Positions 9,362-18,124 of a DNA stretch of 64,000 nucleotides are shown piece by piece. The first letter of the stretch is position 1. Each line of letters begins with the position of its first letter. Origin of the DNA: Clostridiaceae bacterium (lineage in GTDB: Bacteria > Bacillota > Clostridia > TANB77 > CAG-508); contig JAETPW010000008.1 in NCBI GenBank assembly GCA_021771025.1, positions 355-64,354 of the forward strand, given 5' to 3'. Under the pieces are notes generated by a model that worked only from the letters and a program-made list of their open reading frames with translations, had not been told where the DNA came from and made no database searches. Position numbers and translations under genes: made by a program.

Positions 9362-10036
9362 TTATCTTAAGTGTGGCATTTCTTTCGTATAAAAAAACAC
9401 ATAATCTCCTTCTTCGTCTTGCAGTGCTTTATCTAGGTCTATGTCTGAGTGTTTTTCTACATATTTGACTTCTACCTTGTTCCATTTTCTTAATTGGTTT
9501 TCTATGGTATAGGTCGTACATAGTCGATAATTGATTCCTTGTATTTCGTCATTTTCTTCGTCTATGGGAATGTAGGCATTGTATTTGACATTTTCTAGTT
9601 TGTATTCTTGTATTGTTGGTTCGTTAATGATGTGGATTGAGTCAATTCTTACTAAGTCTTCATTTCTTCCTAAGGTGAATGTTTCTTTGCCTTGGGTGAT
9701 GTTTTTATAGAGTTTATCAATAATTTCGTCTTCTGCTTTTACGTGTATTATTAGATAAATGTCTAACAATTGGTGTACATTTCTTGGCATTGCTGTTACT
9801 TGATCTTTTCCTTTGAACATTCTTAAATTTTGATAGTTGCTGAAAATACTGCTATATTCTCCTTGAACGGATACATTCATAGGAAAGTACTCTCCTGGCT
9901 TTGCTTGAATAATTTTGTGTAACATTCCAATTACGGTAGAATAAGGAGGCAATGGGTATGTTTCGGCTACTTTATAGGCAAATGGCTTTTTGTAGCATGC
10001 TGTTTCTTGAAAAAGTTGTAATTTTAGATATTTCAT
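9362..10036 (-). CDS. cas5: Cas5 (type I-B)
   Basis: The N-terminus CYKKPFAYKVAETYPLPPYSTVIGMLH is typical of Cas5, and the gene sits between cas7 and cas3. Confidence 0.85.
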   Translation of the reverse strand: MKYLKLQLFQETACYKKPFAYKVAETYPLPPYSTVIGMLHKIIQAKPGEYFPMNVSVQGEYSSIFSNYQNLRMFKGKDQVTAMPRNVHQLLDIYLIIHVKAEDEIIDKLYKNITQGKETFTLGRNEDLVRIDSIHIINEPTIQEYKLENVKYNAYIPIDEENDEIQGINYRLCTTYTIENQLRKWNKVEVKYVEKHSDIDLDKALQDEEGDYVFFYTKEMPHLR

Positions 10037-10050
10037 GTTATATCCCCTTT

Positions 10051-10962
10051 CTAATTATTGGGATTTTCATAATAAGCTTTAACTTCGTTTTCTAATTTTT
10101 CAAAGAATGTTTGGATGTTGCTTACTTTGTCAGTGAATATTTCTTCTATTTCTTTTTCATTTTGGAATACGCCTTTTACCATTCCTATTTTGGTATCTTC
10201 TTCAATTGTGTTATCTCCTATTTTTAGGCTTAATGTATCTTTTAGGATATCTGCATCAATAGCGAACTTTCCTTCTTTTCCTGTTAGTTTAATTCTTCCT
10301 AAGAAAAATGGTGAGTTTAGGGTATAGATTCCTCCAATAATAAATAATGGACTTAAGTTTTCTTCTCTACCGCGTATTTCTCTGTTTAATACTTTGATGA
10401 TTTCTAATAATTCGGTGACTCTTTGTTTTCTGATTTCATTGGTTAATTCTGTTTCTCCGTCTTTTCCAATTTTGGTTAAGTCTATGGTTATGGTATAGGT
10501 GTAATAGCTTAGATGTTGCTCTATGTTTGCTAGATTAGGGTAATCATTAATTCTGTCTGCTAGTCCTTTATTGTTTAAGAATTCTATGTCACTTTTATAG
10601 TCTTCTAAAGAAATCGCATTACTTAGTCTTACTGCTGCACTACGTACATTTGATCCTTCGTTTTTGGTTGTTTTCATGTAACCAAATAGATCCATTTCTT
10701 GTGAGTCTTCAATGCTTAATTTGTCTTTGAATTGAATGGTTCCTTTTGTTTTGTCTACTACCTCTAAATTCCAATTAAACATTTTGTTTCCTAGTCTTAC
10801 GATGTCATATCTTAATGCTTGCCTAGAAGCAAAAGTGTATACACTCCCATCTCCTCTTGATAATTTTTTTAATTCTGATATGTTTCCGATTCCTTCTCCA
10901 TAGTTTAAGCTCTGTGCTTTGAAGATCATGGTTATTGTTAAACCGTTTTTATTCATTTTCAT
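10051..10962 (-). CDS. cas7: Cas7 (Cst2/DevR-type backbone subunit)
   Basis: 303 aa and Cst2/DevR-like (SLNYGEGIGNISELKKL...ASRQALRYDI). The gene order cas8b-cas7-cas5 supports the call. Confidence 0.85.
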   Translation of the reverse strand: MKMNKNGLTITMIFKAQSLNYGEGIGNISELKKLSRGDGSVYTFASRQALRYDIVRLGNKMFNWNLEVVDKTKGTIQFKDKLSIEDSQEMDLFGYMKTTKNEGSNVRSAAVRLSNAISLEDYKSDIEFLNNKGLADRINDYPNLANIEQHLSYYTYTITIDLTKIGKDGETELTNEIRKQRVTELLEIIKVLNREIRGREENLSPLFIIGGIYTLNSPFFLGRIKLTGKEGKFAIDADILKDTLSLKIGDNTIEEDTKIGMVKGVFQNEKEIEEIFTDKVSNIQTFFEKLENEVKAYYENPNN

Positions 10963-12811
10963 TTTCCTCCTTATTTTTTACATATTTCGCTTGTGTTAAT
11001 CCTGCTATGAAACTATGTCCTATTTCTTTCCAATCTACTTCTTCATTTTTGGTTACTAATAACTCTGGGATGTCTTTGCCAGCTAGCCATATGACTCTCA
11101 TGGCTACATCTGTAAATTCTTCTTTTCTGTTGCCTTTAATGCTATTTAACATTTTGTAGATATAGCTGTCTAATTTATTTTCATTGTTTTCTGCTCTTAA
11201 TTTTTCGTATATTTCATTTCCTAATGTAAACATGACGTGTATTTTTGCATTTGCACTTTTCATTTTTTCTCCCACATCTTGTCCCTCCTTTTTATATAAT
11301 TCTAAATCTGTTTTTGCTTTTATGGCTAATAGATGGTTAATTCCACTTCTTCTGTCTTTTCGTAATTCTTCTCTTAGCCTTTCATTAATAATCATGGTAA
11401 TGTCTTTGTCTTTTAAGATATAATCTACTAAATTTAGTCGATAGCGGTAATCACTAATTTTAGTTAAGGTAGATTCTGCTTGTTCTTTGAAAAATTTGGC
11501 TACATGGCGTTTTATGTTAAAGTATTCCATTCGACTATAAGCTAGATATTCACTTTCAAATTCAACAACAAATATGTTTTGTAGTTGCCATTCACTTATT
11601 TTTTTGTCTTGTTCTACAATGTTCATAATTAAGTCTGTATAGGGGTTTGTTGGTGTATTATGATCTCGTTTGGCTTTGCTACCAAAATAATCATTTGTTC
11701 TTAGTAATGTGTCTACATCTGTATCGAAGTTGATGAAGCTATAGACCTCTTTTTCTTGATAGACTATCCCATTCATGGAATTTTCTTTGACTGTTTTGGT
11801 AATGCTGGTTATTCCTGCTGGGGTACAAAATAGCATTAATTTGCATAGTTCACAAATGGGTAGGTTTGCATTTTGGTTCCAGAAAAAGTTACTCATATTG
11901 TCGTTACTGACTGCTAAAGGAATAAATTTACTTTCTGAATAGTTACATGTTATTTGTTTTTCCTGTTCACATAATTGACAGTGCGATAATACTTTTTCGT
12001 TTAGATATTGTGTTATTTTTTCTATACTTTTACCTTTTTCTAGTTGTTTATTGATATTGGTATATACTTTTAGTATTTCATTGCTTAGTTGTGCTTTTTG
12101 TAATTTTTCTTCCATCTTAATTTTTAGTTCTTGTTCTTGATATTTTCCCTCTACTATTTCTTGTAAGAAATTATTTTCGATGATGTTACTAAGGTAATCT
12201 CTATACATAATTTCTTGTTGTTCTTCAAAAGATAATGCTGTTTTGACTACGTTTAGGAAACTTGGTTGGCCAAAATAATTCTTACTTAAAATACTTTTAA
12301 AAAAGTTCATGGTTAATCGTTTATTTATTTTTTCTTGTTGTATCATTTGTATGATTTGATTAGTTATTTGTTCTAATTTTTCTAGATCTTCTGGACTTTT
12401 GATGGAATCAATTTCATTATAGGCATTTAGTATATTTTGATAGGAGTCTTCTTCAAATTTTTTGATCTTATCCATTTGGTTTTTAATGGTTGTTTTTAAG
12501 TATTTCTTTTCTGTTTTTAACTTATCTTGATTTTTTTTGGTTTCTTCTTTGTTTTCTGTTTTATTTGTGATTAAATTTTCTATTTTTCCTTTTGCTTTTT
12601 CTATTCTCTCTTTGGTTTTATTTCCAATATTATAGGTGTCATAGAAGTATTGGAAGTAATAGTGATGAAAGTTTTGTAACTGATCTGTATCGAATTCTAT
12701 GTAATTTTGTTTTTTGTCGGTAAAATCATCTCCATTATGTTTTAATATTCTGATAAATCCAATAATTCCTGCATTTAAGAACCATTCTCCTAAATAAATT
12801 CTTGTTTTCAC
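10949..12811 (-). CDS. cas8b: Cas8b / Cst1 large subunit
   Basis: The N-terminus GEWFLNAGIIGFIRIL and paired CXXC motifs (CQLCEQE, CELCKLM) are typical of Cst1-type large subunits. 620 aa. Confidence 0.8.
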   Translation of the reverse strand: MKTRIYLGEWFLNAGIIGFIRILKHNGDDFTDKKQNYIEFDTDQLQNFHHYYFQYFYDTYNIGNKTKERIEKAKGKIENLITNKTENKEETKKNQDKLKTEKKYLKTTIKNQMDKIKKFEEDSYQNILNAYNEIDSIKSPEDLEKLEQITNQIIQMIQQEKINKRLTMNFFKSILSKNYFGQPSFLNVVKTALSFEEQQEIMYRDYLSNIIENNFLQEIVEGKYQEQELKIKMEEKLQKAQLSNEILKVYTNINKQLEKGKSIEKITQYLNEKVLSHCQLCEQEKQITCNYSESKFIPLAVSNDNMSNFFWNQNANLPICELCKLMLFCTPAGITSITKTVKENSMNGIVYQEKEVYSFINFDTDVDTLLRTNDYFGSKAKRDHNTPTNPYTDLIMNIVEQDKKISEWQLQNIFVVEFESEYLAYSRMEYFNIKRHVAKFFKEQAESTLTKISDYRYRLNLVDYILKDKDITMIINERLREELRKDRRSGINHLLAIKAKTDLELYKKEGQDVGEKMKSANAKIHVMFTLGNEIYEKLRAENNENKLDSYIYKMLNSIKGNRKEEFTDVAMRVIWLAGKDIPELLVTKNEEVDWKEIGHSFIAGLTQAKYVKNKEENENE

Positions 12812-12825
12812 CTTTTCACCTCCTT

Positions 12826-13605
12826 TTATTTGATTTCGAATACGCCAAACCCGCTACTTCTTTTACTTCCTATACCTGCTTGATATAAGTATTTTAGTAA
12901 TTCTTTGTCTGCTGTTATTTGAAAGGTTCCAATGGATGTTTCTATTTTCTTTTCGTAGAATTTTATGATTATTTTTTTGGCTTGTATTGGTTGGATCGAT
13001 AAACTATCTACTAATTCTGGTGATATATTTGTGATTTTTAATTGTTCTTTTATGTTTATTTTTAAAGTATCTAAAAATTCTTGATGTTCGAATGAATAAT
13101 AAAAGTCTTTTCTGTTTTCTCTGCTTCTAGCGACTAATGGAGATAAAAATTTAATTTGAAGGCTTGTTTCACTAATTTGTTTTTCTGGTATCATACTGAT
13201 GTTTTGTAGTGTCCAAGCATTATGGTGAATAGGGAATTTCTTTCCTTTTTGATGATTAAAGCTGTTGTATAATGCTACAGCTATTTCTGGTTCTGCAATG
13301 GTGAATAGTATTTCGAATCGTTTTTCTTTGAGAGTGATGGTGTCTTGCTCGAATTTTTCACTGCTAAATAATGTGGCAAAGGCATATGGCTTTATGATAT
13401 TGTCTTTGGCATGATAGAGTTTTTCGTAATAGTTTTGGTTGTATTCTGTTAATGATAATTTAATGAAACTCATGATGTTTCTGTGATATTGTATGGGAAA
13501 TTGGTTGTTTTCTAAGGTAAAATATAGTTTGAGTCTCACTTTTTTCACCTCCTTGTTAGGTTTATCTAGTTCTTTTGTTATTATTTTATATGGCAAGTAT
13601 ATCAT
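12826..13605 (-). CDS. cas6: Cas6 crRNA endoribonuclease
   Basis: It has the C-terminal glycine-rich loop GIGSKRSSGFGVFEI and is the first gene of the cas operon. Confidence 0.85.
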   Translation of the reverse strand: MIYLPYKIITKELDKPNKEVKKVRLKLYFTLENNQFPIQYHRNIMSFIKLSLTEYNQNYYEKLYHAKDNIIKPYAFATLFSSEKFEQDTITLKEKRFEILFTIAEPEIAVALYNSFNHQKGKKFPIHHNAWTLQNISMIPEKQISETSLQIKFLSPLVARSRENRKDFYYSFEHQEFLDTLKINIKEQLKITNISPELVDSLSIQPIQAKKIIIKFYEKKIETSIGTFQITADKELLKYLYQAGIGSKRSSGFGVFEIK

Positions 13606-13658
13606 TTTGTTTTCATTTTAGCAACAATTATCTTTATTTTTCGACTTTATTTTTTGAT

Positions 13659-13712
13659 ATACTATAATTATAGTATGTTAGTGAATAATATTAATTGTAA
13701 ATATTATTTACA
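13659..13712 (-). promoter_or_regulatory. Two perfect palindromes upstream of cas6 (candidate operator sites)
   Basis: ATACTATAATTATAGTAT (13659-13676, 18 bp) and TGTAAATA-T-TATTTACA (13696-13712) lie 54-107 nt upstream of the cas6 start. Confidence 0.3.
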
Positions 13713-13757
13713 TTGGTCTTAAAAGGATCAAACCCGTGTAGACGCCGAGCGTCGCAG

Positions 13758-13786
13758 AGGTCATTTTGAAGAAAATGACCTTTTTT
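13758..13786 (+). terminator. Intrinsic-terminator-like hairpin (10-bp stem, GAAG loop, T6)
   Basis: aggtcatttt-gaag-aaaatgacct is followed by tttttt on the plus strand. It overlaps the stop of the 13785-14090 ORF and lies upstream of the cas operon. Confidence 0.45.
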
Positions 13787-14090
13787 AAATTCTTTTGTTT
13801 CTTAATTGTCTTTCTATTCCTAATATATCTTTTATACTAAAAAAATACTGTTCCGCCTTTGTTAAAGGAATATTATTTTTATGTTTATATATAATCTTAT
13901 CTATAAATGTTAACATGTCAGACACTTGAAATAATCTTTTTTTAGTATGATCAAACTCAATTCTTCTTTCTATATTGTTTCTTGTTGCTAACACGTTATC
14001 TATTATTTTCCCTAAGGCTTCTTGTCCATTATCATAATAAACTACTACTCTTTCAAACTCATCTACGTAATCTGACAAATAAGTAAACAT
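13785..14090 (-). CDS. Hypothetical protein, possibly a 5'-truncated remnant
   Basis: 101-aa ORF. The frame stays open for a further ~53 codons upstream (to ~14250) without a canonical start. I recognised no motif. Confidence 0.35.
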   Translation of the reverse strand: MFTYLSDYVDEFERVVVYYDNGQEALGKIIDNVLATRNNIERRIEFDHTKKRLFQVSDMLTFIDKIIYKHKNNIPLTKAEQYFFSIKDILGIERQLRNKRI

Positions 14091-14261
14091 ATTAGTTATT
14101 TCTGAATTTAATTCTTTTACTAATTGGCTCTTTTGGTTCTTAAATTTCTTATCTACAATGATTGTATTAAGCTTTACATTTACTCTTTTTAAAAAATAAA
14201 AGATCGCCCAAAATATTTCTTTTCTTTGTTTTAGTGTAAATGACTATTTATATTCAATTTT

Positions 14262-14894
14262 TCATGGCTTACACTTACTACAAGCCCCATACCCACTCGA
14301 TTTAGCCGCTCCTAATGTAGTTTGTATACAACTCTTTTTCAAATACTGGCATCCACTTCGATGATATTTCCCTCCTGTTTTGGTAATATACACTACTTGT
14401 GAATTACTCTGATTATTGTTATTTGCTGTTGTTGTTTTTTGTTTGGTAGAAGTTGTTGTCGAACTTGATGATTGTTTAGTAGTTGATGTACTTGTTTTCC
14501 CTGAATTTTGACTTGCTCGTTTTTGTGCTTCTTGTTGTTTTTGTTCTTCCTCTTTCCTTTTTGCCTCTTCTGCTGCTACTCTTTGTTTTTCTTCTTCTTG
14601 TTTTTGTAATTCTTCTTGTTTTGCTTTTTCCTCTTCTGCTTTTTTTATTTCTTCTTGTTTGGCTTTTTCTTCTTCCGCCTTCTTTTGTTCCTCTTGTTTT
14701 ATTTTTTCTTCTGCTATTTGTTTTTCCTTTTCTTCATCTATTTGTTTCGTTTGTGTTGCTTCTTTTAAGTTTGCTTCTTTGGTTTGAACATCATTTGTTT
14801 GTCCTATTGATGAGAACATTAAAATAGCAATCACTAAGATTGTCCAAAACCACCACTTTTGATAAATTCGTTTTGTTTTTTTCTCTTTCCCCAT
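14262..14894 (-). CDS. Membrane-anchored Lys/Glu-rich repeat protein with a C-terminal Cys-rich (zinc-ribbon-like) domain
   Basis: The SD GGGGG precedes the internal ATG at 14894. It has one TM segment (WWFWTILVIAILMF), KAEEEKAKQEE tandem repeats and the C-terminus GKYHRSGCQYLKKSC...GYGACSKCKP. Confidence 0.6.
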   Translation of the reverse strand: MGKEKKTKRIYQKWWFWTILVIAILMFSSIGQTNDVQTKEANLKEATQTKQIDEEKEKQIAEEKIKQEEQKKAEEEKAKQEEIKKAEEEKAKQEELQKQEEEKQRVAAEEAKRKEEEQKQQEAQKRASQNSGKTSTSTTKQSSSSTTTSTKQKTTTANNNNQSNSQVVYITKTGGKYHRSGCQYLKKSCIQTTLGAAKSSGYGACSKCKP

Positions 14895-15135
14895 TTTCTT
14901 TTCCCCCTTTGTTTTCCCTTCTATTGTACTATCTTGTTTCGATAAAAGCAACTATTTTCTCTGTTTTTCCTTTTTATCGACTTCTTTCGATTTTTGTTTT
15001 TTTTCATATCTTATGGTATACTTGGTAGTTATTTGGTTTATTCTTTCTTCTTTTATGTGAAATCATTAATTTAATCGACATGAGAATACCCTCAAAAGCA
15101 ACTATTGATTAGTTCTTTTGAGGGTATTGGCTAAA

Positions 15136-15169
15136 TAGGGAAGAAAAGGGCGTCCCTTTTATTTCCCTA
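15136..15169. repeat. REP-like GC-rich palindrome, copy 2
   Basis: tagggaagaaaagggcgtcccttttatttcccta. Its right arm supplies the last three codons and the stop codon (I G K *) of the 15159-15698 gene. Confidence 0.85.
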
Positions 15170-15698
15170 TTCCATATCTCTCTGTTTCTGGGTCTTTCCA
15201 TAGGTTTACTTTGGGTGGATAATAGGTAAATACGATAAAACTAATAAAGAAAAATAGTAAAATGATTCCTGACAGTATTTTGGTTGTTATGGTAGATTCA
15301 TTTCCTAATTTCATGATTCGGTAGGCTACCCATTCTCCTAATAGAATACTGATGATAAAGGTTAGTATGTCAACTAGTAAAAAGTGGTATCCTAATATGC
15401 CGGTGTAAGTGTAATAAAATACGATAACAAAACAAATGGCTGTAAATATTCCTATTGTTTTTGCTTCTAAGTATTGGTTGCTTTCTTTTCTTATCCAGAT
15501 GTATTCGATGATTCCTGCTAATAGCATAGGGAAGAATATTAGTTTTAGGTGTTCCCATATGCTTTCATTTACTGCACTAAAGCTTCCTACGATGGCATTT
15601 TGCCCTGACCACTCATATGTGAAGTGTAATAGTGTTCCTAAAATAAGGCTAAATATAACTGCCCCTATTTGGGCTAGTATTAATTTATTTGTTTTCAT
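15159..15698 (-). CDS. Polytopic membrane protein (DUF6512-like?)
   Basis: 179 aa with about 5 hydrophobic segments and an NESIWEHLKLIFFP motif. The family assignment is from memory only. Confidence 0.55.
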   Translation of the reverse strand: MKTNKLILAQIGAVIFSLILGTLLHFTYEWSGQNAIVGSFSAVNESIWEHLKLIFFPMLLAGIIEYIWIRKESNQYLEAKTIGIFTAICFVIVFYYTYTGILGYHFLLVDILTFIISILLGEWVAYRIMKLGNESTITTKILSGIILLFFFISFIVFTYYPPKVNLWKDPETERYGIGK

Positions 15699-15874
15699 AG
15701 ACTTATTCCTCCTAATTCATGTATATGATTTTTTAGGTGTTTTATTCTTTTCTTTTATACTAGTCAAAAATCAGTCTATGTTGTCTCTATCACTTACTTT
15801 GCTTTATTCTTGTGTATCATAAAAAGACTTGGGAAATGAATTTTTTTATTTATCTTATCATTATAGGAGAATGG

Positions 15875-15923
15875 AAAAATAGAGAATATGCTGCACTTGA
15901 TGAGTGAACTATTCTCTATTTTT
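15875..15923 (-). terminator. Terminator hairpin downstream of the DEAD-box helicase gene
   Basis: The 14-nt arms are aaaaatagagaata / tattctctattttt, with A and T runs on either side. The same arms recur at 17975-18036. Confidence 0.6.
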
Positions 15924-15987
15924 TTGGAATGGGATATCCTTTTTTTATCAACTAAATACAGGATACCCTCTGTTTTTATTTATTATT

Positions 15988-17544
15988 TTATCCATTGGCT
16001 ACTTCAATGTTGACATCTTTTCCTTTAATTTGCTTTTCTTTCATGCTTTCGATTACTTCTTCTACTTTATCTGCTGCGACGTCGACAAATGAAAATTTGT
16101 CTAATAAATTGACCCTTCCTATTTCTTCTCCAGAAATGGCACAATTAGCAATCATACTTCCTATGATGTCTTTTACCATGATATTATCTTTTTTTCCTAA
16201 ACTTAAAAATAATCTGACATTTCCATTTTCGTCTGGATTTATGTCTTGTTTTTCCACTTTCTTTTCTTTTCTTGTGGATAAAATTGTCATTAATGCTTTG
16301 GCTATGGTTTCCATGTCGTTTCCTTTTTGTTTTAGTTCTTCTAAGATTGCTGTATTTTGGAAACTTCCTTCTTCAATAATGGATTCAATTTTGCTAACTA
16401 TTTTTTGGTTTTTGATTTGTTCTACCTCTTTTAGTGTTGGAATTGTTCCTGTTTTGATTTTGGTGTGAGCAAATCGTTCTATGTCTTTTAGTTTAAAGCG
16501 TTCTTTTCCTGTATATAAAGTATAGGCTACTCCACTGGTTCCATTTCTACCGGTTCTTCCGATACGGTGCACATAGTATTCTTGTTCTTGAGGAATATCG
16601 TAGTTGATGACTAGGTCTAGGTCTTTGATGTCGATTCCTCTTGCTGCTACGTCTGTTGCCACTAACATTTGGATTTGTCCAGCTTTGATTTTTTTCATGA
16701 TACGATTTCTTTGTGTTTGTTTGATATCCCCATGCAGACTCTCTGCTTTAAATCCTTTGTTTTTTAAGTTTTCGATCAGTTCATCTACTTTTTTCTTGGT
16801 ATTGCAAAATACGATGGCTTTTTTGGGTTGTAATACTTCTACTAAACGGATAACGGCTTCGTCTTTCATTTTTCCTTTTACTTCTAAGGATATTTGTTTG
16901 ATGTTATCTACGGTTAGTTCTTCTGCTTTGATTTTAATGTTTTTTGGATTGCGTAAATATTTTTTGGTTATTGCCATGATTCTCGCATTCATGGTTGCAG
17001 AGAATAGTAGGGTTTGTCTTTCTTCTGGTACTTCTTTTAGGATGGTTTCGATATCTTCTTCAAATCCCATGTTAAGCATTTCGTCTGATTCGTCTAAAAT
17101 GACCATGTTGACTTGTTCTAGTTTGATGGTTTTTCTTCTCATGTGATCCATGATTCTTCCTGGTGTTCCTACAATGATTTGAACTCCTTTTTTTAGTGCT
17201 AGAATTTGTCGTTCAATGGATTCTCCTCCATAGATAGCTAAACATTTAATGTTTTCTTGGTATTTTAAAAATTTTCTTAATTCTTCCGCTACTTGCACGG
17301 CTAATTCTCTGGTTGGGCATAGAATGATGGATTGTGTTTTTTTGGAACTTGGATTGATTTTTTCAATCATTGGTAGCCCATAAGAGGCTGTTTTTCCTGT
17401 TCCTGTTTTGGATTGCCCAATTACATCTCTCCCCTCTAATACATAAGGGATGGCTTTTTCTTGGATTTCTGTTGTCTCCACATACCCATAATCTTCTAGT
17501 GCTTTTTTCACCTTTGGTGATAATGATAATTCTTCGAATTTCAA
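15988..17544 (-). CDS. DEAD-box ATP-dependent RNA helicase with a DbpA-type C-terminal RNA-binding domain
   Basis: It has a Q motif, GTGKT, PTRELA, SAT and HRIGRTGR. Motif II reads DESD (17083-17094) rather than DEAD. The start is TTG, preceded by AGGAG. Confidence 0.9.
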   Translation of the reverse strand: MKFEELSLSPKVKKALEDYGYVETTEIQEKAIPYVLEGRDVIGQSKTGTGKTASYGLPMIEKINPSSKKTQSIILCPTRELAVQVAEELRKFLKYQENIKCLAIYGGESIERQILALKKGVQIIVGTPGRIMDHMRRKTIKLEQVNMVILDESDEMLNMGFEEDIETILKEVPEERQTLLFSATMNARIMAITKKYLRNPKNIKIKAEELTVDNIKQISLEVKGKMKDEAVIRLVEVLQPKKAIVFCNTKKKVDELIENLKNKGFKAESLHGDIKQTQRNRIMKKIKAGQIQMLVATDVAARGIDIKDLDLVINYDIPQEQEYYVHRIGRTGRNGTSGVAYTLYTGKERFKLKDIERFAHTKIKTGTIPTLKEVEQIKNQKIVSKIESIIEEGSFQNTAILEELKQKGNDMETIAKALMTILSTRKEKKVEKQDINPDENGNVRLFLSLGKKDNIMVKDIIGSMIANCAISGEEIGRVNLLDKFSFVDVAADKVEEVIESMKEKQIKGKDVNIEVANG

Positions 17545-17561
17545 TAGTTTCTCCTTCCTTA

Positions 17562-17595
17562 TAGGGAAATAAAGGGGACGCCCTTTTTTTCCCTA
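17562..17595. repeat. REP-like GC-rich palindrome, copy 3 (inverted orientation)
   Basis: tagggaaataaaggggacgcccttttttt-cccta is the reverse complement of the unit at 17639. Confidence 0.85.
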
Positions 17596-17623
17596 TTCTC
17601 TTTTTTATTTTATTTTGGTAATA

Positions 17624-17671
17624 TAGGGAATTTTCGGATAGGGAAGAAAAGGGCGTCCCCTTTATTTCCCT
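17624..17671. repeat. REP-like GC-rich palindrome, copy 4, with a 5' extension
   Basis: tagggaattttcggatagggaagaaaagggcgtcccctttatttccct. The extended form is shared with the copy at 61004-61051. Confidence 0.85.
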
Positions 17672-17974
17672 CTTTTTGCCTACTCTTTTTCCTTTTACTA
17701 CCTATTTGGCACAAAAAAATACCTAAAAACAAATATAGAAATCTGTTTTTAGGCAATGTTATGACTTTTTTTCGACACCATTTGGGACTTGAGTAAAATC
17801 TTTTTCTCACTTAAACAAATTTTATATATGTTTCTTCTCTTTTTGCTTTTGGTATTATATCATAGATTTGTTTGAATTGCAAATCGAGATCATTTTCCCG
17901 AATTTATTTTAACTACTACTTTTGTCTGCGTTACTATTATTACTATTCGCAGCTTGCTAAAAATGGTAACCGTG

Positions 17975-18036
17975 AAAAATAGAGAATAATTCACTGATAA
18001 AGGGTGTACTTTAAAGTGAAATATTCTCTATTTTTT
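17975..18036 (-). terminator. Terminator hairpin downstream of the Bce-type permease gene
   Basis: aaaaatagagaataattcact ... agtgaaatattctctatttttt is a long AT-rich stem followed by a T run. Confidence 0.6.
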
Positions 18037-18124
18037 GATTAATTTTGCTTTAAACGTTGTACTTAACTTGTAGCAATTTTTTTAGGGGACTTATTTATTT
18101 TCTTAAAAATGATTTTAGTTATTT

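Noticed and set aside
9262-9468. 68-aa plus-strand ORF in the cas5-cas3 gap
   Set aside because: It is antisense to cas5, has a hydrophobic low-complexity translation typical of the antisense frame of AT-rich genes, and has no SD.
13641-13660. A 9-nt match (ttatttttt) between the 5' end of the psi-spacer at 3318 and the cas6 upstream region, as a CreR-like self-target
   Set aside because: Nine A/T-only nucleotides are expected by chance many times in this genome, and the PAM is unknown. It is mentioned only as something a proper search should evaluate.
14091-14250. An upstream in-frame extension (~53 codons) of the 13785-14090 ORF, as a longer gene
   Set aside because: No ATG, GTG or TTG start and no SD occur in the extension, so I kept the short ORF and flagged it as a possible truncated remnant.
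14483-17146. Several long plus-strand ORFs (14483-14827, 15436-15822, 15995-16468, 16604-17146) and similar ones elsewhere in the track
   Set aside because: All are antisense to well-supported minus-strand genes and translate to Leu/Phe/Ser-rich low-complexity sequence. They are shadow ORFs of purine-rich coding strands.
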